A stretch of 64,000 nucleotides of DNA from Octopus vulgaris (lineage: Eukaryota). Positions 26,560-39,762 of this stretch are shown piece after piece. Numbering within the stretch: the stretch's first letter is position 1; the number at the start of each line of letters is the position of its first letter. The notes beneath the pieces were generated by a model. It was given only the letters and a program-made list of their open reading frames with translations. It was not told where the DNA came from and did no database searches. Made by a program: the position numbers and the translations under genes. Where the stretch lies: contig OX597825.1 in the NCBI GenBank assembly GCA_951406725.2, positions 44,454,001 through 44,518,000 of the forward strand, in the 5' to 3' direction.

Positions 26560-29165
26560 ATATATATATATATATACACACTTACAGACACACATGCACA
26601 TACACACACACATACATACATACACACACGCATACATACTTACACACACACACACACACACAGACATACATACACACATACACACACACATACATACGCA
26701 CATACATACACACACACTCACACACACACACCGCACGTACATACTTCACACACACACACATGCACACATACATGTAGGCACATACATACATACATACCCA
26801 CACATGCACACCCGTACACTGAATGCACACACACATACACCTTTTTGCATCCAGGCAGCCCCCCCCCTCTTTTCTGCTTTCCGGTTTTGGCTGATGGATC
26901 CTCGGTTCCCGCGTAGCGGGGCGTTCGAGGGCCTTTGCGCCCGCGCGCCTTTGCGCCCGCGCGCCTTGGCGCGCGCTGGGGGCTCGGTCGGCCCCTTTGG
27001 GCTTGCGTTGCACTGCTTGTGCGTTGTGTGCGCGAGCGCGCTTCGTGTGTGTGGGCTTGCTTCGGATGTGCGCTTGCGTATGTTTGCATACATACCCACA
27101 CACTCGCATGCATCCCTACCCACATACATACACGCACACCTACTCACACACACACATACACACACACACATACCCGCACACACACACACATACATACATA
27201 CACACACATACCCACTTCAGACATACACACACACAGACATACACCCATACACCCACACTCACACGCATACACACACACACATACACACGCACACGTACAC
27301 ATACACACACACACACACCCACATACATACATTACACTTGTATACACACACACTTACATTCATACACACACACACCTACACAGCCATACCCTCACTCAGA
27401 CACACACATCTACCTACACACACACAAACACACACTGACACACACCCATACATACATACATCTACACACTCACGCCTACACACATACATACACACATACA
27501 TAAACACACATACACATACACACACATACGCACACACGCATATACTTATACACATGCACACACACACACATACATACATACACCCATATACATACACACA
27601 CACATACCTACATACTCCTATACGCACATACATACACACAGACATACACACATACACACTCACACAAACATACACACACACATACTTACACACACACTCA
27701 CCTGCACGCGCGCACACATGCATGACAAACACTCATACACTCACACTCACATACGCACACACCAACATAAACACGCACACGCACACACACACCTACACTC
27801 CCACACACATACACACGCACCTACATACACACACGCACGCATACACACGCATACACACATACATTACACACGTACACACACACCTACATACACACGCATA
27901 CACACACACACACAAACATGCACGGACACACCCAGACATACATACATACACCCATATACACACGCCTACACACCTACATACACACACATATACACACGCC
28001 CACACAGCTACATACACACACATACATACACACATACACGGACACACCCATACATACTTACATACATACACCTATACACACACGCCTACACACCTACACA
28101 CACACATGCACACACACACACATGTACGCACATACACACACATATACGCACACACATATATACCCACACACATGCACACACACACACATACGCACATACA
28201 TGCACGCATGCACACGCGCACACCTACACGCATACACACACACACACGCACGTACACATACATACATACACACACGCATACATACACCCATACACATACA
28301 TGCATCCTACACACACATACATACACACTCACACATACATACACACACACGCACTCACTCACACACCTGTATGTTCGCGCACACACATGCACATACACAC
28401 ACTTCCCCACATCCACACGTACATACATACACACTCATACACACATACACACACACACACACACACGGACATACATCTATGCACACACATATATACACAC
28501 ATACTCACATACATTCATCGGACACACTGCCACCCAGACATACACACAGACACACTCACACATCCACACGCACACATACGTACGCGCACACTCGCAGGCT
28601 CGCGCACACACGCGTTTGCGCAGGTTCGCGCACGCATGCGCCTCGCATGCACCTCGCCCTTGGACCCGACGAGACCTCCCGCCCGTTCCTGGGATGTCGC
28701 TTGTCGTTGGGTTTTCCCACGCCCGTCTCCGCGGGACCACTCTTCCATCTTCCCCTCCTCTGGAGTCCTTTTCCTAAACCCCCCCCCTTTTTTTCGTTAC
28801 ACACACGCGCACACATATACACACATTGCTTAAACATATACATCACTCTTACACACATTCAATCTACTCGCCACTAATACTACCACGACACTGGACACAC
28901 ACACACACTACTACTCAACACACGCTGGCACGCTACATACGCCCCCACCCCTTCCCCTCCCTCCCTTCCTCCTTCCTCCCTTTTCTCACTACTGACCTTT
29001 GTCTGCTATGCTGCTGCTATGCTGACCACCGTCTCGCCCTACCTCACACGCCTACACACAGACGCACACACTAACACATACATATATTTTTTGTTTTTTT
29101 ACCTCGCCTCACACACACACATACACACACGCACACGCACACACTCACACATACACACACATCTG
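26560..29165. repeat. Long degenerate (CA)/(TACA)n tract with two GC-rich islands
   Basis: Directly visible; produces spurious H/T-rich ORFs. Confidence 0.9.
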
Positions 29166-29169
29166 TTGC

Positions 29170-29453
29170 GTTACCAACCTTGTCTCCACTCTTTTGCCTT
29201 TAAAAACCCACTTTGCTCTTGTTATCGTAAACATCCGCCTTTCACCATGTGCTACTCCTAACACCAGCCGTTTTTTTCTCTATCTCCGTTGCCCGCTCCG
29301 GGATCTTTCTTTCCTCTCTCTTCCTTCTTTATGTTTCCGACGAAGAGCTCCGCTCGAAACGTCATACCTCCCTGCTTCCATTTCCTGAGCGCCTATTAAT
29401 AATAATACTGTAATTGTTCCCTTGTTGTTGTTTTTTTGTTTCCCGTTTGGATT

Positions 29454-29458
<5 letters not shown>
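29170..29458 (+). mobile_element. Solo PLE pseudo-LTR fragment; hammerhead motif at 29333-29367
   Basis: gttt-CCGACGA-A-GAGC tcc GCTC-GAA-ACGT-C-atac; homologous to 6683-6852; followed by (TA)n. Confidence 0.65.
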
Positions 29459-29492
<34 letters not shown>

Positions 29493-29499
29493 TAGATAT

Positions 29500-29845
29500 G
29501 TTTCGACCAAAGATTGGTCCAGGCCATGTCTAACTTAATAGCACCACCTGATAGGATTATCTGGCCATGTCTAACTTAATAGCACCACCTGATAGGATTA
29601 TCTGTTTAAGTCAAGTTTTGTTTATGGTCCATTCAAGTAGTGAGTTCTTGTTGAGTGAGTTGTATCCAGGTGGCTTCTCCGGTATTCCTTGAAGAAATCT
29701 GTCCAGACTCCGTTTAAAGGTGATGGGATCCTTTTCCTATTTGATATCTTTCGGAACAATGTTAAACAGAGCAGGGCCTGTTGAGGAAAAGAAATTATGT
29801 GGCAGTGTACCTATATGTTGTGATCCTGAATTGGGATCTGATGCA
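29500..29845 (-). mobile_element. CR1-group LINE 3' end; 41-bp tandem duplication at 29522-29603
   Basis: FFSSTGPALFNIVPKDIK..FKRSLDRFLQGIPEKPPGY..NSLLEW parallels the C-terminus of the 14059-15092 element. Confidence 0.75.
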
Positions 29846-30361
29846 AAATATACGAAGCCCAGTATACCCATCATAACTTCTCGTCCGATAAGGGTACACT
29901 AGGCACATGCATCACAAACTTATGTGCAAGACACGGTGATCTCATATCAAGATAAACAGAGCTTGATCTTGCAGGTGGGACCCAGTTACAGTTATCTTCA
30001 GGTCAGGTAACCCATCCCGTTCAAAAGCTCCCTGAAGACGGGTTCTTTGAGGATGTTAAATGACACACCCATGTTTCCAGAGGTGAATTATCCAAATCCC
30101 AAAGAATCCCTCTCAACACATAGCTATGATGCTCCCCCACTACTTCTCCACTTGATCAGAAATTCACATATCATCAGTCACTAAGGGACATGTTCAATTA
30201 GTCATGGTCAAACAACTGACAAGCAAATCTGTGGTATTGAGCAGAATATTTGCTGTAGCCCATATTTTACACCAAGGCAAAACATTGAACAAGATAACAC
30301 TTCCAATCAGTTAAGATCAGAAGCCATGTGAGCCACTGCCTGGTACTGCGTCACGACATTT
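29846..30361 (-). mobile_element. ~545-bp non-coding retroposon, copy 1 (3' end missing)
   Basis: Aligns along its length with 42356-42903 and 52867-53397. Confidence 0.85.
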
Positions 30362-30371
30362 ATTTTTACTA

Positions 30372-30763
30372 TTTACTCTTTTACTTGTTTCAGTCAGTTG
30401 ACTGCGGCCATGCTGGAGCACCGCCTTTAATCGAGCAACTCGACCCCGGGACTTATTCTTTTGTAAGCCCAGTACTCATTCTACCGGTCTCTTTTGCCGA
30501 ACCGCTAAGTAACGGGGACATAAACACACCAGCATCGGTTGTCAAACAATGCTAGGGGGACAAAAACAGGCACACAAACACACATATATATACATATATA
30601 TGACGGGCTTCTTTCAGTTTCTGTCTACTAAATCCACTCACAAGGCTTTGGTCGGCCCGAGGCTATAGTAGAAGACACCTGCCCAAAGTGCCACGCAGTG
30701 GGACTGAACCCGGAACCATGTGGTTGGTAAACAAGCTACTTACCACACAGCCACTCCTGCGCC
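30372..30763 (-). mobile_element. SINE family A, near full-length
   Basis: Reverse complement ggcgcaggagtggctgtgtggtaagtagcttg..ggttccgggttcagtcccactgcgtggc. Confidence 0.9.
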
Positions 30764-30779
30764 TATTATAGACGTCGCA

Positions 30780-32030
30780 CAGTATACAATATCGCGAAGT
30801 TGTTGATAGAAGAAACTGTGTCTACTGGGGTTTTGCACAGCTTGTCAAGTCACAACAAAGATCTCAGACAGACAGTACTTTACGTAATATGCGTGCAATT
30901 CAAAGCAATGAAGACTTCTGCAATACATCTAGATTTTAGGGTATCTCTAAGGTTTTCAGATATTTTTTCAGATTGGGTTATATTGAACCCAATGCTCCAA
31001 TGACAATAGGGATAACCTTTATGTTCGACTCTCGTAGCTGCCACATCTTAACGGTCTCAATCCTCAGGTCTCCATATTTATCAACTTTTTCTCTTTCTTT
31101 CATGATTATATGTTAGGCACTCTTGTTTGTCACTCCCAAAGGTTATTACATCCGGCTTTCGATGCTCTAACACTTTATCTGTCTGGAAATCAAATTCTCA
31201 GAGGATTTTTACCTTCTCCTTTTTGTCCATAACCTTTTCCGGTATAAGTTGATACCAAGCACCGGTAACCTCATATCCATACATATAGCATAGTAGCCAT
31301 GGAGGTTTGGGGCTACTGTTCTTGCTCGGTGTTCATGAACATTCCCAAGTCCATTTTTGTTAATTCTTTCTGCACTAGAAGCATACCGTAGCATGTCTTC
31401 TTTGCTGTTTACCAAATATTCTGCCATGTTTCCTCTTTCACTGTTGATACGCTCCCGTACGCTAATCAGCCCACGTCCAATCCTTACCTCTCTTCATGTA
31501 GAGCTTGTGTACGTTTGCCTTAGGGTGGAGGGCACCATGTATTGTCATTGTCTTTCGGGTAGTGCGATCGATTTGGTCAATCTCCGCTTGTGTCCATCAT
31601 ATGATGGGTGCACTATAGCGGACTACAGCAACAGCTTATATGTTGATGGCAATCACAAAGTTCCTTGAGTTGAGCTTTGAATTCAAGAGAAGTTTGAGGT
31701 GCTTGAAATATAGAGTGATGAACTTGTCTTTCATTTCTCAGTGCAAGATTTTGACCAGCTCCAGGATCAGAAAATATTTGTGCCCATCATCATCATCCGG
31801 GTCTTCCATTCTCTTTCCATTTGGCAATTGTATGCTCTTATAATTTACTCTTTTACCCCGCTTCGAAGTAAGCACCGCACACTTCACGATACCGAATTCT
31901 ATCCCTATATCCTTGCTGTACATTTGCACAGTCTCAACCAGCTTCTCCATGTCAGACTCTATTTTGCGAACAGTTTTAAATCATCCATAAAGAGAAGGTG
32001 GTTGAGACGAGGACTGTTCTTTCTCAGCTG
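30780..32030 (-). mobile_element. R4/Dong-like LINE relic (RT end plus RLE)
   Basis: LNHLLLWMI, YSKDIGIEFGIVKCAVL, VIPIVIGALG. Confidence 0.8.
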
Positions 32031-32329
32031 TGTAATTATCAATCTGGATAATTAGTTACTTGTTCACAATTACAATTTCACTACTACTACTAAAGTTTCT
32101 ATCGTATTATTTACTTGTTCACTACTATATGTTCACAATTATTACTATGTATATATTATTACTAGAAGGCCGATGGGTTCTAATATTTTGTCCCCTGATT
32201 TCTTTAGTCAAATAATGGCAGATTTGCGGCTGTTGGTTTACCTACTACTGACACTGCGGTTTTAATTAGAGACGCTAATTGACATGATTGGCGGTGCATT
32301 GGAGGCGTGTGGGAGTTGATTTTTGAGAA

Positions 32330-34755
32330 TAGCGTCGACAAGTCGGAACTAGCATAGCTAAGTTATAGAAATTGATAAACAACATCTCAAAGGTCAACTG
32401 TTCACTACCAGGTAACACCTTATTTTTCGAGCACCTTCCGGAGTATTCGAGCGGTTCCAAGCAGTGCTGTTTTCTGCAAGTGCTCCACCCTTATTGCAGC
32501 CTCTATTTGTTCTATGTACTTCTCAAGATTTTTAATTATTGTTCCCAGGGCTCCAACAATTATTGGTACTACTGCTACCTTTTTCATCAACCACAGGTGT
32601 TTAACCTCCCAAGTTAAACTGTCATAGCTATCGACTTTTCTTTCTTCCTTATCGCATACCTTGTTGTCAGCTGAGCATGCTATATCTATGATCCAGCATT
32701 GTTTGCTTTCTTTCTCAATTCAGACTATGTATGGCTTCCTATTTTTTATCTCATGGTCGCACTGAATCATAGAATCCTATAGGATCTTTGCATTATCATT
32801 TTCGAAGATGCCTTCCGGTTTGTGGTCGTACCAACTTTTTGCTCTGTCAAGTCCATACTTGTCGTAAAGCGTCCAATGGACAATCCTTGCTATATAGTCG
32901 TGGCGTCTCTTATATTCCTTCTGGGTTAGTGGCGTACATTGGCTGGTAATGTGCCATACGGTTTCACCATTTTGTCCACAAATTCTGCGCTTATGACTTT
33001 CTGATGTGTTGTCTATTCTGTATTTTATGTAATTTGTTCTTAGTGCTTGCTCTTGGGCAGCACAGATTAGAACCTCCGTTTCCGGTTCTAAATCACTTTT
33101 AGTCATCCATAGCCATTTTTTTCTCTGTCTGTCTTATCTTCAACAATCCCCATGAAATTGTCCAAGCATTCTTTTCTTTACCCACCTATTTTCAGTTTCA
33201 TTCGTTTCCAATTTCTTGTATAGTACTTTATCTTTGCGATCTTTCATCCTACACAAGCCTCAAATTCTTACTTCTAATAATAGCGGTTCTGTGATATTTT
33301 TTTACATACCACGCTATGTTGTTTTCTTCTGCTCTAATGCGGTGTTCGCATCCAATAAGTCATGTTCCCCTTCTTTTTCTTGGTACATACTGTCTGTCTG
33401 TGTCACTTTTTGGGTGGAGTGTCCAACTTCCTTGTCTAAGCTGTTTAGTTCATCTACTGTCCATGTGATTACCCCTGCTCCATATCTAAGGAGGGAAACC
33501 GCCCTGGTGTTGATAGCTTCAATCTTATTCCGTCCGTTTAATTTCGACTTAAGGATCAGTCACAGTCTGTGCAAGTACTCCACCTTTAATTTTTCTATCA
33601 TTTCTTTCTCCACCAATTAATCCATTTCCAAAATCCCCAAGTACGTATAGCCCATCTCTTCTATCTGCTTCATAACCTCTCCCGACGGTATCGTTAGTCC
33701 TTCCATACATTTGATTTTGCTTCTCTTCAAGATTAATACAACATACTTTCTCAGTCCGAAATCCATTATGATATCAGCGCTGAAAGTATACACCATATCA
33801 ACGAGGGAACTGACTTGGGCTTCATGTTTAGCATAAAGTTTGAGGTCATCCATGAATAACAAATGATTAGCTTTTCGTTGGCGGCTTTTGAATACATACC
33901 CAGCTTTTGCTTTCCTCAGAATAATGTTAATGGTATGAAGCACAGTACATAGGTCAGCGGGCCGGGCAGTCCCCTTGGAAGGTGCTCCTCCGAATTTCTA
34001 CTGACCCTAAACTTCTTCCGTATGCTGTCAGGTCCATCCTCCAATTCGCCATATTTCTTCTAAGCAATCGCTCAACATTCGATGCAATATCAAATAGGTC
34101 CATACATTCCATAATCCAAGAATGTAGAATCATATCGTACGCCTTACGATAGTCGATCCATGACATGGCTATGTTAGTTTTCCTCCTCTTGCAGTCTTAT
34201 CAAACAAGAGTTGATTCTTGGTAGCTCTGCACTTACGCTTGCAACCCTTCTGCTCATGTGGCAGAACGCCATTCTTTTGCCAGATGTTCGTACATTGATT
34301 CCGCGAATATCCCAGTCAGTAATTTCCACGTAAATGGCAAACAGGATATCGGCCAGTAATTTTCTACCGTATTGCCTTTTTCGATGTTTTTCAGGCACAG
34401 CACTGTCCTACCCAATGTCAACCACTCTGGTGTTACTTCGTCAGCATTTAAGAAGGTGTTGAGTGTCGCAGATGTTCATGCATGACATTCACGAATTGTT
34501 TTTGATCCAGTAGTCTTGAAATCCATCTGGTCCCGGGGCCTTCCAGTTGCTAATTGTTTTGTTGATTTCCTTCACCTCCCTAATTGAAATGACTAGTTCT
34601 GTCTGTTTCAACTTTTCATTTGTACAGTCTCCATTTATTTCTTTATAGAATCTCTTCTGATCTACTCTGAATAACCTATTATGCTGGTAACCCTTTATTC
34701 TTTGGTCGTATCTTACCACCGTTGCTTACTTTGCAACGAGACTCTGTTTTAAAAA
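32330..34755 (-). mobile_element. R4/Dong-like LINE, frameshifted
   Basis: NWKAPGPDG, WIDYRKAYD, NHLLFMDDLKLYA, ICAAQEQALRT, ICGQNGETVWHITSQC, YKRRHD. Confidence 0.9.
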
Positions 34756-34756
34756 A

Positions 34757-34974
34757 CACTGGTAATCGCGCAACCTGATAATCGCTACCTCATATGAATG
34801 ACAATGAAAAATATGTTGTGAATAACGGTGATAATGAAACTGAAGCCATTGATGGTTACAGTGTTGCAGCCGGCAGGCTCGGAGATTCTGGTCCGGCTCC
34901 AGCCTGTCGATATCCAGAAAGTAACCACCACACACGAAGTTGATGGAGCAAGCAAATTAATGCTGTGGTCATGG

Positions 34975-34978
<4 letters not shown>
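34757..34978 (+). mobile_element. Inverted 5' (N-terminal) piece of an R4/Dong-like ORF
   Basis: From ATG 34794: MNDNEK..HTRS*WSKQINAVVMEYY, resembling the R4/Dong N-terminal W.K..N..VMECYY motif. Confidence 0.6.
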
Positions 34979-35046
<68 letters not shown>

Positions 35047-35047
35047 T
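34978..35047. repeat. (ATT)n tract
   Basis: Directly visible; abuts the 3' end of the next Dong element. Confidence 0.97.
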
Positions 35048-37820
35048 TTAGTAGTTTTATTTTTATAGCGTGCTTTCACTTCACTACCGAGCGCAGCTCT
35101 GTGTGCTTTAGGTATGTGCTGTGATTTGTTGTGATGTTCTGATGGTTATTGTATGGAAAATGTTCTGCGTAGGATGTGTGCAGTGCCTAGTAGTGCAATT
35201 TTCTGTATGTTATATGTGTTTGTAAGTCCTGGTGTTTTTGTTATGTATTTGTCTGAATATTTTTTATCATGCCTAATGCACCTATTATGATAGGAATTGT
35301 TTCTGTTTTTAGATTCCACATTCTGGTTACCTCTATTTCCAGGTCTTTGTATTTTGAAAGTTTTTTCATTTCTTTTAGAGACACGTTGTCATCTGCCGGT
35401 ATTGATACATCAGTTATAAAGCATTTTTTTCTTCATGATCTCTGACAAGTATATCTGGTCTGTTGGCCTTAATTTCTGTATCTGTGTGTATCGGCATATC
35501 CCAGAGTATGGTTGCTTTCTCGTTTTCTGTGACTTTTTCTGGTGTGTGCCTATACAATCTTTTTTCTGTTATTATTCCATAATGTTGGCATAGCTTCCAG
35601 TGTATGTAGGTTCCAACTCTGTCATGTCTGTGAATATATTCCTTCTTAGCCAGGACTGGGCAGCCAGAGATAATATGATTTATTGTTTCTTGTCCATCTC
35701 CACACATTCTGCAGTTACTTGTTATATTTCTTTTCATTACATGTTTTTGGTAATTTCTGGTGGGGAGGCTTTGGTCTTGTGCTGCAATTAAAAATCCCTC
35801 CGTCTCTGCTTTGAGTCCTGAGCTTCTCAACCATTGCTGGGATTTTTCTTTGTCTATTTCTTTTGCGTTTAGTTTAGTCCAGTATTTACCATGAAGGGGC
35901 TTTTCTTGCCATCGTTTTATCATGGTTCGTTGCTGTTCTATTTTTAGTTTGGATTTCATTTGTTTTATAGCTTTTGTTGCTTCTTCATCTTCTTCTTCTT
36001 CTTCATATTTATTAGGTGGTATGATTTCTTGTTTGTATTTGTCAGCTTCCTTAAATACTGAGAATAGTTTTTTGTTTTGCTCGTGTTTTGCTGCTATTTG
36101 TATCAGTTTCCTTCCTTCTGAAGTAGATATTTTTGCAGTCCTATGGTGGTTATGTTATTTTATAGTAGATTTCCAGCTGTATAAGGCCTCTACCACCTTC
36201 TATACGTTGTATATATAGTCTTTCTATGTCAGATTTTGGGTGATGCATCCTAGATCCTGTCATTATTTTTCTTGTTTTCTTATCTATTTTGGTCAGTTCA
36301 TTTAGCGTCCAGTTAAGGATATTGTAGCTGTAACTAATAACTGGGACAGCTAAAGTGTTAATACCTATTATCTTGTTTTTAGCATTGAGCTCTGTTTTTA
36401 GTATTGATCTAACTCGTCTATAATATTCTTTTTTTATTTTCTCTTTCACTTGTGTGTGTTGTGTCTTATCTAGTTCATGGATTCCTAAGTATTTGTAAGT
36501 TTGGCTTTGATCTAATTCTTTTATTTCATTGGTTTTATCTAGTGTGATGTTACTACTCTAAACTAGTTTTCCTCTTTTCATGGTTACTTTGGCGCATTTT
36601 TCTAATCCAAATTTCATTTCTATTTCTTCGGTAAATCTATGAACTGTCTTTAATAGTGTTTCCAGCTGTTTGTCATTTGCAGCGTATAGTTTTAGGTCAT
36701 CCATATATAAAAGGTGGCTGATCGTTTTGCCGTAACATTTATATCCACATCCAGTTCTACTTAGCATATCAGATAGAGTTGACAGTGCCAAGCAGAAAAG
36801 AGTGGAGAGAGCATGTCTCCCTGGAATATTCCTCTTCTAATGGGGATGGCTTTGGTTTTCATGAGTTCCTCTTTTGTTTGGAGCTGTAGCACGGTTTGCC
36901 ATTTATTCATAGAGTGCCCTATGAATTTTATAAGGGTTGGTGCTACTTTGTTAATGGCTAGTGTTTCGAGGATCCATGTGTGGGGGATATAACAAACGCC
37001 TTTTTGTAGTCGACCCAGGCCATACTGAGGCCTTTCTTCTTTCTGTGGCTGTCTTCAGTGATGGCTTTATTAATCATTAGTTGATCTTTACAGCCATATG
37101 AGCCTTTGCGGATCCTTTCTGCTCTTCTGGAAACAGGTTGTTTTCGTCCAGGTGCTTGTTCAACCTTTGCGATATCACTGCAGTAAATGCCTTGTATATT
37201 GTAGGGAGACAGGTTATTGGTCTGTAATTTTCTGGTTTTGCTGTCTCATTTGATTTGGGAATTAATATGGTTTTCCCCTTCGTGAGCCATTCATGCATTG
37301 TCTCTGGCTCTGCTAGCATGCTGTTAAAGTTTTCAACCAGAAGTTGGGGATCTTGTCATGCCCAGGTGCCTTCCAATTGCTTAGTCTTTGCAGTGCCTGG
37401 GTGACCTCTACAGTTGTTATGGGGGTCCAAAGTTGCTTAGATGCTGAGTTTGTTGTTTTGATACTTCTTTTTTTTCGTTGTTCGTTCGCCGACCATATTT
37501 CTCTCCAGAATTTTTCCACTTCTTCTGCCGTTGGTGCTGCAGTGATTTCTATTTTATTTTTGTCAAGTTCTTGGTAGAACTTTTTGGGGTTGGAGTTTAA
37601 CTTTTTGTTTTGTTCAAAGAAGCGCTGGCGTTTCTCGTACCGGCGGATCCTTTGCGCTTTAGCAAGGATATCTTGCTTCAGCTTTTCTTTTTTCTCAGGT
37701 AAATCTTTTTCTGTGATGTTATATTTGCGGAGTATTTTTGTTTTCTTTTTGTTGCTCAGTAGCGTTGATTGTCTACTGATTTCATTAAGAATCGACAGAT
37801 CTTTTCTCATTTTTTGTATT
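35048..37820 (-). mobile_element. R4/Dong-like LINE, 5'-truncated, few frameshifts
   Basis: NWKAPGHDKIPNFWLK, ENYRPITCLP, SHLLYMDDLKLYA, CRMCGDGQETINHIISGC, KANRPDILV. Confidence 0.93.
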
Positions 37821-37887
37821 TCTTATTATATTTATATATATTATATTTTATTATATTTTATATATTTATTATATTTTATATATTTTT

Positions 37888-37925
<38 letters not shown>

Positions 37926-37926
37926 T

Positions 37927-38327
37927 CGGTTAGCTGGCATATTCGTTAGCACGCTCGACGAAATGCTGTAGAAAAGAAAGAGGTATTCGCCCGTCGCTAC
38001 TTTCTATGTTCAAATTCCGGTGAGGCCGACTTTGCCTTTCATCCTCTCGGAGTCGATAAATTAAGTACCAGCAAAACATTGGAGTCGATGAATTAAGTAC
38101 TAGCAAAACACTGGAGTCGATGTAATCATCCTTTCGAGGTTGATAAATTAAGTAGCAGTTAAGCTCTGGGAGTCGATGTAATTGTTTTGCATTCTTCCCT
38201 GAAAGACTTTCGGGGTCGCTAAATTAAGTACCAGTCGAGTTGAGTACTAGGGTCGATGTAATCGATTAGTTTCCGCGCTCCACCATCACCAATTTCAGGC
38301 CTTGTGCCGAGAGTAGAAAGGGTTATT
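37927..38327 (+). mobile_element. SINE family B with internal tandem amplification
   Basis: The gtcgat(aa)attaagtaccag..ggagtcgatg unit occurs about 4 times. Confidence 0.85.
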
Positions 38328-38329
38328 AT

Positions 38330-38535
38330 TCTTTTCTACTCTAGGCACAAGGCTCGACATTTTGTGCGGAGAGAGCCAGTCAATTAGATAGACCCCAGTA
38401 CGCAACTGGTACTTAATTTATCGACCCTGAATGGATGAAACACAAAGTCGACCTCGGCCGAATTTCAACTCAGACAGATGAAATACTGCTAAGTATTTCA
38501 CCCGGCTTGCTAACGTTTCTGCCAGCTCACCGCCT
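38330..38535 (-). mobile_element. SINE family B
   Basis: Plus strand ends gctaacgtttctgccagctcaccgcc. Confidence 0.87.
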
Positions 38536-38562
38536 TAGAAAGGATTATTATTATTACTATTA

Positions 38563-38778
38563 AGGATGCGAGCTGGCAGATCGTTAGCACGTTGGACAAA
38601 ATGCTTAGCAGCATTTCGTCCGTCTTTATGTTTTGTGTTCAAATTCCGCCGAGGTCGACTTTGCCTTCTATCCTCTTGGGGGTCGATAAATTACGTACCA
38701 GTGAAACGCTGGGGACGATGTAATCGACTAGTCGCCCCCACGCAAATTTCAGGCCTTGTGTCTACGGTAGAAAGGATT
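38563..38778 (+). mobile_element. SINE family B with (GTT)/(ATT) tail to 38910
   Basis: gcgagctggcaga..gttcaaattccgccgaggtcgactttgcc. Confidence 0.88.
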
Positions 38779-38803
38779 ATCATTGTTGTTGTTGTTGTTG
38801 TTG

Positions 38804-38861
<58 letters not shown>

Positions 38862-38862
38862 C

Positions 38863-38910
<48 letters not shown>

Positions 38911-38912
<2 letters not shown>

Positions 38913-39082
38913 GGTGGAGAGCTGGCAGAATCATTAGCATGCCGGGCAATATGCTAAGCGGCATTTCGTCCTTCTATACATTATGAGTTCAAATTCCGCC
39001 TATGTCGGCTTTACCTTTCTCTCAAGACGGTGCTCGACCATGATCGTAGTCTGATAAATGAGACAAGTAAAAGATAAAAGAG
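38911..39082 (+). mobile_element. SINE B head fused to SINE A tail
   Basis: B head to ~39020, then aagacggtgctcgaccatgatcgtagtc..acaagtaaaagataaaag. Confidence 0.7.
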
Positions 39083-39418
39083 ACTGTCACATATGACAAG
39101 TCTGATAATATTGGTCTATCAGGTAATTGTTCACCAATATTTTAAAGTATTATTTTATAAGAAATTCTAATTCCAATTGACAGACTGCTACGAAATCAAA
39201 ACTCTAAAATTTGACAAACCGTATGTCTCATGACGTATATGAACAAAAAATATATATATATTCATTCTACGTATATTATGTCAATCAATATGGGAGAATA
39301 GTTATGACTCATCTTAGTACTACACAAGACAAGATAAAAGACCAACATCATGATGAAACCTCTGTGGATTATTGAGAAAAGTCTGTGTGAGAGCATATGT
39401 GTGTGTGTGTGTGTGTGA

Positions 39419-39762
<344 letters not shown>

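Noticed and set aside
26543-28777. 744-aa His/Thr-rich ORF and overlapping ORFs
   Set aside because: The CA-rich repeat cannot easily form stop codons; no domain; probably noisy sequence.
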